Positions 1-9,957 of a stretch of 64,000 bases of DNA are shown here, piece by piece (the first letter of the stretch is position 1; every line of letters starts with the position of its first letter). Source of the stretch: Thermodesulfovibrionia bacterium. Lineage in GTDB: Bacteria; Nitrospirota; Thermodesulfovibrionia; UBA6902; BMS3Bbin08. The position numbers and the translations under genes were made by a program. The stretch covers positions 14,301 through 78,300 of the forward strand of contig JAUXYI010000011.1 in assembly GCA_030694425.1 (NCBI GenBank). Direction: 5' to 3'. The notes beneath the pieces are model-generated. The model was not told the origin of the DNA, ran no database searches, and saw only the letters and a list, made by a program, of their open reading frames with translations.

Positions 1-117
1 AGCAACCCGGCAGGTGGCTATTATTTCAGCATCTTCAACCCATTCTCTTACTTTCGTTGAATGGGCTTCTTCAATATATAATTTTACAAGACTACTTGTA
101 TCAAGATATAGTATCAA
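1..117 (-). CDS. PIN-domain toxin VapC, N-terminal part; gene continues beyond window start
   Basis: Reverse-strand translation from a TTG at 117 gives LILYLDTSSLVKLYIEEAHSTKVREWVEDAEIIATCRVA, a typical PIN N-terminus; start overlaps the upstream antitoxin stop by 4 nt. Confidence 0.5.
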   Translation of the reverse strand, partial: MILYLDTSSLVKLYIEEAHSTKVREWVEDAEIIATCRVA

Positions 118-374
118 CGGCGTTCCTCAAGGACAGTCTTAGACAGAGGTTTGCCCTTGATTCTGATACCTTTTACCCCTTCTGGTTTTCCACCCGACCA
201 TTTAGCTTTGCTATAGGTTACAAGGGACTCAATTGCCTTCCTTTCCTTAGAGATAGGTTTAACTAAAGCAACTTCCTTACCATGGTCAGTTATAACAACT
301 TCCTCACCATGGCGTACCTTATCTACATAGCTGCTTAACTTTGCCTTTAATTCTTTTATTCCAACGGAAATCAT
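114..374 (-). CDS. Phd/YefM-family type II antitoxin
   Basis: 86 aa; MISVGIKELKAKLSSYVDKVRHGEEVVITDHGKEVALVKP matches the Phd/YefM fold signature; directly upstream of and overlapping a PIN toxin. Confidence 0.65.
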   Translation of the reverse strand: MISVGIKELKAKLSSYVDKVRHGEEVVITDHGKEVALVKPISKERKAIESLVTYSKAKWSGGKPEGVKGIRIKGKPLSKTVLEERR

Positions 375-657
375 AAAACCCCCTTTATTTTTAAAAGTAG
401 TTATAATATATCATAAAAGTAGTCATATCTTCAAATGCTAATTATTTTAATGCGCCTCTCTACGAGTCATAGACTGACCAGTTTTTGCCAATGTCTATAT
501 CAATCTGAAGCAGAAAAAATATATCCGAGCCTCTAATTCTGCCCAATTTGAAACACCTTTAGTTAGATTTTAAAGATTAATTTTCTGCATAAAAAAAGTT
601 TTATAGCCTAATGGAGCAATGGAGGAATAGAATCAAATGTTTTTAGTCTTCATATTA

Positions 658-2025
658 TTATTTAAATTGTTTTTTCAACTCTGCTTTTTTCTGGTCAGCA
701 ACAACAACGAGGGTGAAATTTTCGGAGTCGAGATATTTTTTTGCCACTCTGAGCACATCTTCTTTTGTCACCTTGTTGATATATGAAGGATACTTGTCAA
801 TATAATCCATGCCCAGTCCGTAATATTCAACTGCTACAAGGAAATTAGCTATGCGCTGGCTTGTTTCCAGCCTCATGGGAAAGCTCCCTGTAAGGAATAA
901 TTTTGCGCCTGAAAGCTCTGCATCTGATACAGGGAAGTTCCTGACTTTCTTTATCTCTTTTAAAATCTCTTCTATTGCTGTATTGGCAGATTCATTTTTT
1001 GTCTGAAGGCCAACCTCAAAAAGTCCCCCGTACTTATTTGCATCAAAAAAACTGTGAATATCATAAGCGAGCCCTTTTTCCTCTCGTATATTCTGCATAA
1101 GTCTTGATTCAAAACCACCGCCGCCAAGGATATAATTCATAACAGACACTGCATAATAATCAGGATTATCCCTGCTTATGCCCACATGCCCCAGTATAAT
1201 ATTTGCCTGCGTAAGGTCTTTGTCTATGTTTATAATTTTTTGTCCTGAAAATACATGAGTCACCCTCGCCCCCTCCCCTTGAGGGATGGGGATGGGGGAG
1301 GGGGAGGGGTGCCATTCTGAGAAATATTTTTGAAGCAGATTTTTTACTTCTTCCGGTGTCACATCGCCAACAACAGACATTATTGCATTGTTAGGGGCAT
1401 AAAAGGTTGAATGAAAATTTACAAGGTCATCTCTTTTTATTTTGTCAAGGGCCTCAGGGCTGCCTTGAACCAGTCTTCCATATGGATGTATGCCAAATAC
1501 TGCTTTCTTAAACTCCCTTGAGGCAACAAATTCAGGATTTTCCTCTTGAGCCCTTAAACCGCCTTTAATACGCTCTCTCTTTTTATTCAGTTCATCATCA
1601 GGGAATAACGGATTGAGAATTGTATCTGAGAGCAGATCAAAGCCGAGGTCTAAATCTTTTTTTAAAACAGAAAGAGCTATGGTAGCATAATCATTCCCGC
1701 CGGAGGCGCTTAGAGACGCCCCTGCAAATTCCGTTTCTTCACTTATTTGAGAAGCTGTCCTTTTTTTAGTCCCTGCCGTAAGAAGTTCAGCAGTTAAATT
1801 AGCAATGCCTGCCTTTTCTTCAGATTCAACAATACTGCCTGCCTTAATGCCGACAGTAACCCTGACGACAGGCAGATTATGTTTTTCAACTATTAAAAGA
1901 GTTAAACCGTTTTCAAGGACTTCTCGTTTTATATCCAGTGCAAATGCGGTAGAATGCAAAATGCAAAATGCAAAATGCAAAATTAAGGTAAAAAATATAA
2001 TTTTCCAAAATTTTGATTTTTTCAT
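658..2025 (-). CDS. M16-family zinc peptidase, probably non-catalytic partner subunit; signal peptide
   Basis: 455 aa, insulinase-like domains, no HxxEH; 4-nt overlap with upstream M16 gene; N-terminal hydrophobic signal peptide partly encoded by a (GCAAAAT)n array. Confidence 0.8.
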   Translation of the reverse strand: MKKSKFWKIIFFTLILHFAFCILHSTAFALDIKREVLENGLTLLIVEKHNLPVVRVTVGIKAGSIVESEEKAGIANLTAELLTAGTKKRTASQISEETEFAGASLSASGGNDYATIALSVLKKDLDLGFDLLSDTILNPLFPDDELNKKRERIKGGLRAQEENPEFVASREFKKAVFGIHPYGRLVQGSPEALDKIKRDDLVNFHSTFYAPNNAIMSVVGDVTPEEVKNLLQKYFSEWHPSPSPIPIPQGEGARVTHVFSGQKIINIDKDLTQANIILGHVGISRDNPDYYAVSVMNYILGGGGFESRLMQNIREEKGLAYDIHSFFDANKYGGLFEVGLQTKNESANTAIEEILKEIKKVRNFPVSDAELSGAKLFLTGSFPMRLETSQRIANFLVAVEYYGLGMDYIDKYPSYINKVTKEDVLRVAKKYLDSENFTLVVVADQKKAELKKQFK

Positions 2026-3371
2026 TTTGATTTTTGATTTTTTAAGGGTATCAAAATCCCGACTGTCCTTTTATCTTCAATAAGATACTTTTGAGCTACC
2101 CTCTGAACGTCCTCCGGAGCAACCCTCCTTATCCCTTCAAAATATTTATCCCTGAGCCTCCAGTCTCCGAGCATCTCAAACATTGCCAGAATCTCCGCCT
2201 GAAAGAAAATAGAATCCTGTCCCATAATAAAACTTGCCTCTATCTGGTTTTTTGCCTTCTGGACCTCTCTTTCGCCCGGGGCATGTTTCTTTATTTTCTC
2301 AACTTCCTCGTACAAAGCCTTTTCAACCTCATCTATTGACTTGCCCGGCAGCGCTGTTGCATCAAGATAAAAGAGAAAAGGATATTTACCAAAACTGCTG
2401 TATGATGCATCTGCTGAGAGTGCAATCCGTTTTTCATCAATCAAGCTTTTATAAATCCTCGCGCTCTTTCCTCCTGCCAGCACAGCAGCAAGCACCTCAA
2501 GCGCATAACTGTCTTCATTGAAGATATTCGGAGCCTTATAAGCACAAAGGATATAAGGCAGTTCTGCCTCTTTTTTTACAAATATCCTTCTTTCGCCAAT
2601 CTGCTCAGGCTCTTCTATCTTCACGCCTTTAATATCATCGCCTCTTGGAATAGCGCCAAACTCTTTTCTTATCTTAGCCATCAAAGAATCTATATCAATA
2701 TTGCCTGCAATAACTATTAATGCATTATTGGGCATATAATACTTTCTGTAATATTCGTAAAGGTCATCCCTTGTTATTTGCTTCAAATCCTGCATCCAGC
2801 CTATAACAGGCCACCTGTATGGATTATTTTTAAACGCAGTGGACAAAACCTCTTCATACACAAGGCTCTGAGGGTCATCCTCATAACGCATCCTCCTCTC
2901 CTCCATAACGACATCCCGTTCCGCAAGTGTCTCTTTGGGGTCCATAATCAGGTTGTGCATTCTGTCAGCCTCAAGCTCTATGGAAAGATGCAGCCTGTCA
3001 GGTGCAAGTTTCTGGTAATAAAATACATAATCTCTGGTTGTTCCTGCGTTATCAACACCGCCTGCCCTGCTGATAATCTTTGAAAATTCCTTCGACCCAT
3101 ATTTGGGTGTGCCTTTAAACATCATATGCTCAAGAAGATGGCTGAGTCCTGTTTTGCCGAACTGCTCATTAATTGAGCCTGCGTGATACCATATCTGAAA
3201 AACAGCAAGGGGTGCGCTTGGGTCTTTAAGGGCAAGGACCTTTAAGCCATTGGAGAGCACTTCCTCATGTAAAGAGGTATTTTCAGAAGCAAATACATTT
3301 ATGGCTGAATATGTAAAAACTAAACAGGGAAGAAGCAGGGAAAATACTATCAGCTTGAAAGATTTTTTCAT
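2022..3371 (-). CDS. M16-family zinc peptidase, catalytic subunit
   Basis: 449 aa; HLLEHMMFKG = HxxEH zinc-binding motif; signal peptide. Confidence 0.85.
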   Translation of the reverse strand: MKKSFKLIVFSLLLPCLVFTYSAINVFASENTSLHEEVLSNGLKVLALKDPSAPLAVFQIWYHAGSINEQFGKTGLSHLLEHMMFKGTPKYGSKEFSKIISRAGGVDNAGTTRDYVFYYQKLAPDRLHLSIELEADRMHNLIMDPKETLAERDVVMEERRMRYEDDPQSLVYEEVLSTAFKNNPYRWPVIGWMQDLKQITRDDLYEYYRKYYMPNNALIVIAGNIDIDSLMAKIRKEFGAIPRGDDIKGVKIEEPEQIGERRIFVKKEAELPYILCAYKAPNIFNEDSYALEVLAAVLAGGKSARIYKSLIDEKRIALSADASYSSFGKYPFLFYLDATALPGKSIDEVEKALYEEVEKIKKHAPGEREVQKAKNQIEASFIMGQDSIFFQAEILAMFEMLGDWRLRDKYFEGIRRVAPEDVQRVAQKYLIEDKRTVGILIPLKNQKSK

Positions 3372-3518
3372 AATTTAAATACTAACAAAGATAAGAAACA
3401 ATGGTCAAACAGTATGAGCCAAATGGTAAAAGTGCTTTAACATAGAAGTAGAGGGATGCCTTGGTTCTTCTTCACTTTAGAGCTTCCACTCTTCTGCCCT
3501 TCCGGACTGCTTTATGTA

Positions 3519-3887
3519 TCAGGAAACAAATATCACTTTATTGAGTTCCTTGAAATGGGTATCGCTGGTAACGACCTTGCAATTTTTCTCTAATGCGGTC
3601 GCATAGACAATAGCATCAGCCATTGGGAGAGAATATTTAATACTCAGGTCTGCCGCAAAAAGCGCTATGCTTTCGCTCAAATCAATGACCACAGTTCTAT
3701 TTATAATAGATGCCGCCGCAAGTGCCTCTTCCTCCGTCTTTTCACGTTTTATTTTCTTGTAAACCTCATAAAGCACAATTGTCGGTGTAACTATCCTTGC
3801 AGGGTCTTTCATATACCTTGCGAAGACATTTACAAGTGTTCCGTTTGTGAAGAATTCTATCCATCCAGATGAATCAATAAGGAACAT
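3519..3887 (-). CDS. vapC: PIN-domain toxin VapC
   Basis: 122 aa; MFLIDSSGWIEFF... PIN N-terminus with conserved acidic residues; overlaps upstream antitoxin by 1 nt. Confidence 0.75.
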   Translation of the reverse strand: MFLIDSSGWIEFFTNGTLVNVFARYMKDPARIVTPTIVLYEVYKKIKREKTEEEALAAASIINRTVVIDLSESIALFAADLSIKYSLPMADAIVYATALEKNCKVVTSDTHFKELNKVIFVS

Positions 3888-4093
3888 TAACGTTCTTTGT
3901 CCTCTCTGATGTTCTCTGTATTCATGCCTTTCAAAAATCCCCTGAACGATGCCAAAGGTTTTTCAGGTATGAAATAAATTACGCCTCCTTTTGTAACTAC
4001 TGTCATTTTTTGCCCACTCTTGAGATGAAGCTTCTCCCTGACATCTTTTGGGATTACTACCTGATATTTAGGCGATATCGTAGTTGTTGACAT
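3887..4093 (-). CDS. vapB: AbrB/MazE/SpoVT-type antitoxin VapB
   Basis: 68 aa; KYQVVIPKDVREKLHLKSGQ swapped-hairpin motif. Confidence 0.65.
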   Translation of the reverse strand: MSTTTISPKYQVVIPKDVREKLHLKSGQKMTVVTKGGVIYFIPEKPLASFRGFLKGMNTENIREDKER

Positions 4094-4197
4094 CTTGTCC
4101 TCCCTTTTACTGTATCGATAATAAAATCGTAAAACAATAATAATATTTTGTCAAATGAAGAAATAATCTGCTTCTGTACTTCATCGCTTTTGCTTTT

Positions 4198-4304
4198 CTG
4201 CTCTTTAGAACTGTTTAATAGAAATATGGGATGTGGGGCTTGAATACTCGCTGCTCTTTAGAACTGTTTAATAGAAATATGGGATGTGGAGCCTGTCTAA
4301 AAAG
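4198..4304. repeat. Tandem direct repeat of about 53 bp (two copies) abutting a MITE-like element
   Basis: ctgctctttagaactgtttaatagaaatatgggatgtgg occurs at 4198 and 4251. Confidence 0.8.
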
Positions 4305-4410
4305 TCCTTTTTTTCGTCATTCCTGCGGAAGCAGGAATCCAGAACCTATTGAAATTACTGGATTCCCGTTTTCACGGGAATGACAACTCGTTAGTTTTTA
4401 GACAGGCTCT
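4291..4410. mobile_element. MITE-like palindromic element (GTCATTCC...GGAATGAC family) with outer TIR GCCTGTCTAAAAA
   Basis: Nested inverted repeats gtcattcctgcggaagcaggaatccag / ctggattcccgttttcacgggaatgac flanked by gcctgtctaaaaa / tttttagacaggc. Confidence 0.7.
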
Positions 4411-4844
4411 GTGTCCCTCGAATACTCGTGAAGATTAAAAAAATATTAAAATAAGATTGAAATTTTTTAATCTTCCAAATTTGAAAGGATTCGCAGCTTT
4501 GTGCCCTCTGGTTACCCAGAGTTTACCCTTTCGGAAACATCAAACTTCTTTCATATTCTCTCAAAGAACAATCTAATGATTCTTTATGATAAAGAGAACT
4601 GGCAACTTAATTTGTGACCCATTTCACAAAATTTTATTTTTTTTGATAAATTAATTTTAGTGCATGAATTTATAGTAAGAAAGATTACTATTTCTTTAGT
4701 AAAACTATCTTTTTAAATGCTGTGTCAGTCAATCTGCCACAACATCTTTTTCATGCTAAAATAACAAAACAAATATACAGTGCTTCTATCTTTTTCTATA
4801 TTGCCAATAGAAAACAAAAATGCTAATCTTCTAAGGTATAAGAA

Positions 4845-5579
4845 ATGGGGACAGCAGAAGCAGTCAAAGCAGTACGGAAAAGGATTAATAATGCTGCTGT
4901 TAAAGCAGGCAGGAATCCTGCTGATATAAAGCTTGTCGCAGTAACAAAAAACGTTGAACTGCCGCAAATTATTGAAGCAGTAAAAGCAGGCGTAACGATT
5001 TTAGGGGAAAACAGAGTTCAGGAAGCACAAAAAAAAGTGATGAGTGATGAGTTAAGAGTTACCCGCCCTATTCCCCCCCTTACAAAGGGGGGGATGAAAG
5101 GGGGGGTAGAATGGCATTTAATAGGAAGTCTCCAGAAAAACAAGGCAAAATATGCAGTTCAGTTATTTGACCTCATTCATACCATAGATTCCATTGGACT
5201 TGCAGAGGAAGTAAATAAGCAGGCAGAAAAGGTAGGCAAGATACAGAGAGTTCTTGTACAGGTAAAACTCTCCGAAGAAGAGACAAAACATGGGGCATTA
5301 GAAAAAGACCTGCTCGGGCTGCTTGAAAAAATTTTTAGCATGGGAAATCTTAAACTTGAAGGCCTGATGACAATGCCGCCGTTCTTTGAATCCCCTGAAA
5401 AGACAATACCATATTTTAAGAGATTGAGGGAGATAAAGGATAATATAAATAAGTTACGAGTTACGAGTTACGAGTTACGGGACTTATCAATGGGCATGTC
5501 AAATGACTTTGAAGTTGCAATTGAAGAAGGCGCAACAATGGTGAGGATAGGGACTGCGATATTCGGAGAAAGGAAATAA
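4845..5579 (+). CDS. yggS: YggS-family PLP-binding (PLP homeostasis) protein
   Basis: 244 aa; conserved position upstream of proC-yggT-divIVA; carries two in-frame repeat insertions (C7/G7 palindrome, GTTACGA x4). Confidence 0.8.
   Translation: MGTAEAVKAVRKRINNAAVKAGRNPADIKLVAVTKNVELPQIIEAVKAGVTILGENRVQEAQKKVMSDELRVTRPIPPLTKGGMKGGVEWHLIGSLQKNKAKYAVQLFDLIHTIDSIGLAEEVNKQAEKVGKIQRVLVQVKLSEEETKHGALEKDLLGLLEKIFSMGNLKLEGLMTMPPFFESPEKTIPYFKRLREIKDNINKLRVTSYELRDLSMGMSNDFEVAIEEGATMVRIGTAIFGERK
5063..5107. repeat. C/G-tract palindrome inserted in frame in yggS
   Basis: cccgccctattccccccccttacaaagggggggatgaaaggggggg, encodes RPIPPLTKGGMKGGV. Confidence 0.8.
5453..5480. repeat. Tandem heptamer (GTTACGA)x4 in frame in yggS
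   Basis: gttacgagttacgagttacgagttacgg encodes VTSYELRD. Confidence 0.85.
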
Positions 5580-5619
5580 AAATCTTTATTCGGTTATATT
5601 ATATCAGGGAGATAAAGGT

Positions 5620-6426
5620 ATGATTGGTTTTATCGGCGGTGGGAACATGGCAGAAGCCTTGATAAAGGGAATGATTCAAGATTCATCCCGAATAAGTCGG
5701 GACAAGATTCAAGAAATAATTGTATCAGAGCCAAGAGAAGAACGCAGAAAATATCTTGAACAAACATACGGGGTAAAAACAACTCAGTCAAATAAAGACG
5801 TTGCATCTTCATGCGACATCATAATCCTTGCCATTAAGCCGCAGGATATGGAAGCGGTGCTTGATGAGATTGCAGAGGTTGTAACAGAAAATAAGACAGT
5901 GGTCTCAATAGCTGCCGGTATTACGATGTCTTACCTCACTTCAAAACTTAAGACTAAAAAATTCATCAGGGTTATGCCAAATACACCTGCTATTGTTCAG
6001 GAAGGGATATCTGTTATGTCATTATGTGAGTGCTTTACTGATAAGGATATGGCTACTGTAAGAGAGATATTCATGTCAGTAGGAAAGGTGCTTACCCTGC
6101 CGGAGAAATATATGAATGCAGTTACTGCTTTGTCAGGCAGCGGTCCTGCGTTTATTGCTTTCTTTATAGAAGCAATGATAGACGCAGGGATTAAGATGGG
6201 GTTAAGATTCGCCGAGGCGAATGAACTTGCAATACAAACCCTTATTGGTACAGCAAAACTCATTGAAACAGGTATGCCTCCTGATAAGCTCAGAAAAATG
6301 GTAACATCTCCGGGGGGCACTACAGCAGCAGGGCTTAATGTGTTTGTTCAAAAAGGGTTTAAAGATATTGTTACAGCCGCAATTGAGGCAGCGGTTAATA
6401 GGGCAAATGAACTGGGTAAGTCGTAA
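5620..6426 (+). CDS. proC: Pyrroline-5-carboxylate reductase
   Basis: 268 aa; MIGFIGGGNMAEALIKG Rossmann start, P5CR family. Confidence 0.9.
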   Translation: MIGFIGGGNMAEALIKGMIQDSSRISRDKIQEIIVSEPREERRKYLEQTYGVKTTQSNKDVASSCDIIILAIKPQDMEAVLDEIAEVVTENKTVVSIAAGITMSYLTSKLKTKKFIRVMPNTPAIVQEGISVMSLCECFTDKDMATVREIFMSVGKVLTLPEKYMNAVTALSGSGPAFIAFFIEAMIDAGIKMGLRFAEANELAIQTLIGTAKLIETGMPPDKLRKMVTSPGGTTAAGLNVFVQKGFKDIVTAAIEAAVNRANELGKS

Positions 6427-6471
6427 TGCGTTATGTATTACTCATTATGAATTACGGATAAGGAGATTAAT

Positions 6472-6777
6472 ATGTTTATACTCGCCAACCTGTTAACAGC
6501 CATAGCACAGATACTTGATATTGTGCTCTCAATTTATATGTGGATAATAATAATCGCTGCGCTTATAAGCTGGGTAAACCCTGATCCATACAATCCAATT
6601 GTGCGATTTTTATATGCAGTTACAGAGCCTGTACTCAGACATGTAAGAAGGCTTTTTAGACTGGGATTTGCCGGAATTGATATTTCTCCCATGATAGTTA
6701 TTTTAATCATCTTATTTATCAAACATTTTTTAATCACATCTTTAATTGAGATGGCTCTTAGAATGAAAATTCAGTAA
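6472..6777 (+). CDS. yggT: YggT-family membrane protein
   Basis: 101 aa, two TM helices, conserved synteny after proC. Confidence 0.8.
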   Translation: MFILANLLTAIAQILDIVLSIYMWIIIIAALISWVNPDPYNPIVRFLYAVTEPVLRHVRRLFRLGFAGIDISPMIVILIILFIKHFLITSLIEMALRMKIQ

Positions 6778-6872
6778 ACATTTTTGCAAGTGCCGCGACA
6801 TTTAAATTATAATTTACCAATATCACAGACATTGAACTTAAATTTCAACTTTATTAAAGGGGGTCTATTTAG

Positions 6873-7346
6873 ATGAGAATAACGCCGTTAGACATTCAAC
6901 AAAAACAATTCCCTGTAAAATTCAGGGGATTTGACGAAGAGGAAGTGGATTCATTCCTTGAGCTTATAAGGGAAGAGATGGAGGAACTTTTAAGGGAAAA
7001 CGCCTCTATGAGAGAAGAGAGTAAAAGGCTGGAGAAACAATTAAAAGAATATAAAAACATTGAATCAACCCTTAAAGACACCCTCATAGCCACCCAGCAG
7101 ATGGTGGAAGATTATAAAAATACTGCTAAAAAGGATGCTGAACTCACTATAAAAGAGGCTGAATTAAAGGCAGAAGAGATAATAAAGAATGCCCAGGAAA
7201 AGGTCATCAAAATCCACGAGGATATAACAGACCTTAAAGGGATAAGGAGGCATTTTAAAGAGGAGGTTAGAAGGCTTATTGAAAGTCATATAAGGATGCT
7301 GGATTTTGATAAGGAACGAGAGGAAGAAACTCCTGATGCGGTTTAA
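6873..7346 (+). CDS. divIVA: DivIVA-domain cell division protein
   Basis: 157 aa; MRITPLDIQQKQFPVKFRGFDEEEVDSFLE canonical DivIVA N-terminus, coiled coil. Confidence 0.8.
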   Translation: MRITPLDIQQKQFPVKFRGFDEEEVDSFLELIREEMEELLRENASMREESKRLEKQLKEYKNIESTLKDTLIATQQMVEDYKNTAKKDAELTIKEAELKAEEIIKNAQEKVIKIHEDITDLKGIRRHFKEEVRRLIESHIRMLDFDKEREEETPDAV

Positions 7347-8592
7347 ATCACTTAAGGGAATTCAGGATATCCTGCCCCCTGAAACACATATCTGGCAGCG
7401 GATAGAACACATATCCCGTGATATCTTTAAAAAATATGGATATAAGGAAATCAGGCTCCCGATAATTGAAGCAACAGATGTTTTTATCAGAAGCATAGGT
7501 GAAACAACAGATATTGTTGAAAAAGAAATGTATACATTTACAGATAAAGGAAGCCGCAGTGTAACTTTGAGACCGGAAGGCACTGCCCCTTTTGTCAGGG
7601 CATTCGTGGAACATCATCTCTATAATGAGCCTTCTCCTCAGAAATATTATTATCTCGGGCCAATGTACAGGTACGAAAGACCGCAGGCAGGAAGGCAAAG
7701 ACAATTTCACCAGATAGGAGTTGAAGCATTGGGTGTTGAAGACTCTAAGCTTGATGCAGAAGTAATATCAATGCTTTCAACGCTTTTAAAAACAATCGGG
7801 CTCAAGGATGTTCAACTTGAAATTACTTCTATTGGCTGTATAAAATGCCGTCCTGATTACAGGGCAGCGCTTAAGGAATTTCTAAGAGATAAATTAAATA
7901 ATTTTTGCGACGACTGCAAAAGAAGGTATGACATAAATCCATTGAGAATTCTTGACTGCAAGGTGCCAACGTGCATTGAGAATAGAAAAGGTGCGCCTTC
8001 AGTAATAAATTTTTTATGTGATGATTGTAAAAAGCATTTTGAGGGAGTTCAACGTTACCTGAATCTCCTGAAAGTACCTCATATTATCAATCCTAACCTG
8101 GTCAGAGGGCTTGATTACTACACGAGGACCACTTTTGAGGTGAAAAGCAGTTCTCTCGGTGCACAAAATGCTGTAGCCGCAGGCGGCAGATATAACAAGC
8201 TTGTAGAAGAATTTGACGGCCCGCCAACTCCTGGAATAGGTTTTGCAATCGGTGTGGAGAGGGTCATCTCTCTAGTCAAGGAAACACCCCATGAGCACGA
8301 ATCTCCTGATTTATTTTTATGCACCTTAGGACATGAAGCCTCCGAAAAAAGCATTGTACTTGCAGAACAATTACGCAACAGAGGACTATGGGTCGAGATG
8401 AATTACGATGAATCCTCCCTCAGGAGCCAGATGAGAAAAGCAGACCGCATCCATGCTAAAAATGTTATTGTGCTTGGAGAAGATGAGTTGAAAAAGGGAA
8501 AAGTTGTAATGAAAGATATGCAAGGCAAAAAAGAGACTAAAGTGGAGCTTGATGCTGAAGAGATACTGAAAGTTTTACAAAAGAAAAAATAA
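7336..8592 (+). CDS. hisS: Histidyl-tRNA synthetase with Cys-rich (4x CxxC) insertion
   Basis: Class II aaRS motifs; ORF track starts at 7306 but the ATG at 7336 (MRFKSLKGIQDILP) fits the HisS N-terminus; insertion CIKC...CDDC...C..C...CDDC. Confidence 0.9.
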   Translation: MRFKSLKGIQDILPPETHIWQRIEHISRDIFKKYGYKEIRLPIIEATDVFIRSIGETTDIVEKEMYTFTDKGSRSVTLRPEGTAPFVRAFVEHHLYNEPSPQKYYYLGPMYRYERPQAGRQRQFHQIGVEALGVEDSKLDAEVISMLSTLLKTIGLKDVQLEITSIGCIKCRPDYRAALKEFLRDKLNNFCDDCKRRYDINPLRILDCKVPTCIENRKGAPSVINFLCDDCKKHFEGVQRYLNLLKVPHIINPNLVRGLDYYTRTTFEVKSSSLGAQNAVAAGGRYNKLVEEFDGPPTPGIGFAIGVERVISLVKETPHEHESPDLFLCTLGHEASEKSIVLAEQLRNRGLWVEMNYDESSLRSQMRKADRIHAKNVIVLGEDELKKGKVVMKDMQGKKETKVELDAEEILKVLQKKK

Positions 8593-8593
8593 A

Positions 8594-8700
8594 CACCTGC
8601 CATCATTTATGTTAAAGACAGCAGGCATATATCTGGCTATTGAATTTTGAATTTTAAATTTTGAATCTTCTTCTAACTACTGCCAGCCTGGAGCCGAGGA
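8594..8700. repeat. About 110-nt repeated element, copy 1 (hairpin plus TTTTGAATTTT module)
   Basis: Aligns with 9702-9820: (t/c)atgtt(a/t)aagaacagcaggc...atatct...tattgaattttgaat...cttcttctaa...ctgc.agcc. Confidence 0.6.
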
Positions 8701-8778
8701 GTTATTTTATGTAACACAAACAAAGTGGCATTGATTTTTACCATCTGGCATCTTATAATGGTAATAAGGAGGTGTGAT

Positions 8779-9042
8779 ATGGAAACAACGATTGATAAAT
8801 CAGGCAGAGTAGTAATCCCGAAGGAGGTGCGTGATAGCCTCGACCTAAAACCGGGCGAAGCGCTGGAGGTAGAGGAGTTTGATGACAGGGTTATATTAAA
8901 ACCCGTGAGGGAGACCTCCCCCTTACAAGTCAAAGAAGGTTTATTGATTTTCTCCGGCATAGCAACAGGGGATATTGCAGATGCTGTTAAAATCCATCGT
9001 TCAGTGCGTCTGAAAAAATTGGCAACAAAGAAACCAAAATGA
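8779..9042 (+). CDS. vapB: AbrB/MazE-type antitoxin VapB
   Basis: METTIDKSGRVVIPKEVRDSLDLKPGEALEV; RBS aggagg 7 nt upstream of the ATG at 8779; overlaps downstream PIN gene by 4 nt. Confidence 0.7.
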   Translation: METTIDKSGRVVIPKEVRDSLDLKPGEALEVEEFDDRVILKPVRETSPLQVKEGLLIFSGIATGDIADAVKIHRSVRLKKLATKKPK

Positions 9043-9473
9043 GAGTACTATTTGACACCTCTGTTCTTATAGCTGCAATTATTGAACCCCATCCCATGCA
9101 CCCTCATGCTTTTCCATGGCTAAGGAGAGCTAAACTAAATGAATTTGATATGTTTGTAACTACATATACACTGGCTGAGCTTTATGCTGTCTTAACAACT
9201 CTCCCTGTAAAGCCGAGGGTCTCTCCGGGCTTAGCCATACGACTTATACATGACAATGTAGAGACGATTGCAAAGATTATATCCCTTTCATCATCTGACT
9301 ATATCTCTACTATTAAACGGATGTCTGAACTCGGGTTGTCAGGGGGTATTATCTATGATGCCCTTGCTGTAAGGGCTGCTCAGAAATCTGTTATTGATAA
9401 AGTCTTAACATTCAATATTGAGGACTTTAAACGTATATGGCCAGAAGGAACTGAACATATTGCTGTTCCATAG
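9039..9473 (+). CDS. vapC: PIN-domain toxin VapC
   Basis: 144 aa; MRVLFDTSVLIAAI PIN N-terminus. Confidence 0.8.
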   Translation: MRVLFDTSVLIAAIIEPHPMHPHAFPWLRRAKLNEFDMFVTTYTLAELYAVLTTLPVKPRVSPGLAIRLIHDNVETIAKIISLSSSDYISTIKRMSELGLSGGIIYDALAVRAAQKSVIDKVLTFNIEDFKRIWPEGTEHIAVP

Positions 9474-9509
9474 TGTCACGTTTCAGAATTTTTATGTTAT
9501 TGTTTTTCT

Positions 9510-9634
9510 GTCATTTCCGTGAAAACGGGAATCCAGAGCGCTTGAATTTACTGGATTCTCGAAGCGAGTCTCCGCGAAGAGTCGCTCCGACCTGCTGGAG
9601 TTTACCCCGTACTTTGATACGGGGCAGGAATGAC
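9510..9634. mobile_element. MITE-like element (GTCATTTCC...GGAATGAC family)
   Basis: gtcatttccgtgaaaacgggaatccag...ctggattctcgaagcgagtctccgcgaagagtcgctccgac...ccccgtactttgatacggggcaggaatgac; nested hairpins. Confidence 0.7.
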
Positions 9635-9701
9635 AACTTATTTATGGAACACAACACTAGTTTACTGTGGAAATTCTCTTTCTGTAAGGTGTCAATAAAC
9701 A

Positions 9702-9820
9702 AAACGCCTGCTGTCCTCATGTTTAAGAACAGCAGGCGTTATATCTAACTATTTTGAATCCTGAATATCTTAATTTTTGAATTTTCTTCTAATCGCTGCA
9801 AGCCCTGCCAAACCAGAGGC
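9702..9820. repeat. About 110-nt repeated element, copy 2
   Basis: See 8594-8700. Confidence 0.6.
9703..9740 (+). terminator. Strong hairpin (11-bp stem) after vapBC, possible terminator; part of 110-nt repeat copy 2
   Basis: aacgcctgctg - 16-nt loop - cagcaggcgtt, followed by a T-rich run. Confidence 0.4.
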
Positions 9821-9886
9821 AAGAAGAAGCAAGGTAGAGGGTTCGGGAACACCAATCGGTTCACCATTAATCGGGCGACATCTCCG
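9770..9886 (-). pseudogene. Remnant of a PEP-CTERM protein gene (C-terminal sorting signal only)
   Basis: Reverse translation ...RPINGEPIGVPEPSTLLLLASGLAGLAAIRRKFKN* = VPEP motif, TM helix and basic tail; no upstream start, in-frame stop 39 codons upstream; nucleotide similarity to the 3' end of the intact PEP-CTERM gene at 10685. Confidence 0.5.
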
Positions 9887-9957
9887 TCACGCACAGCCCA
9901 GTCGTAGCCATAGATGGTCTTTGCCTACAGGCTGGAAGACTACATCTCTATTGCATA

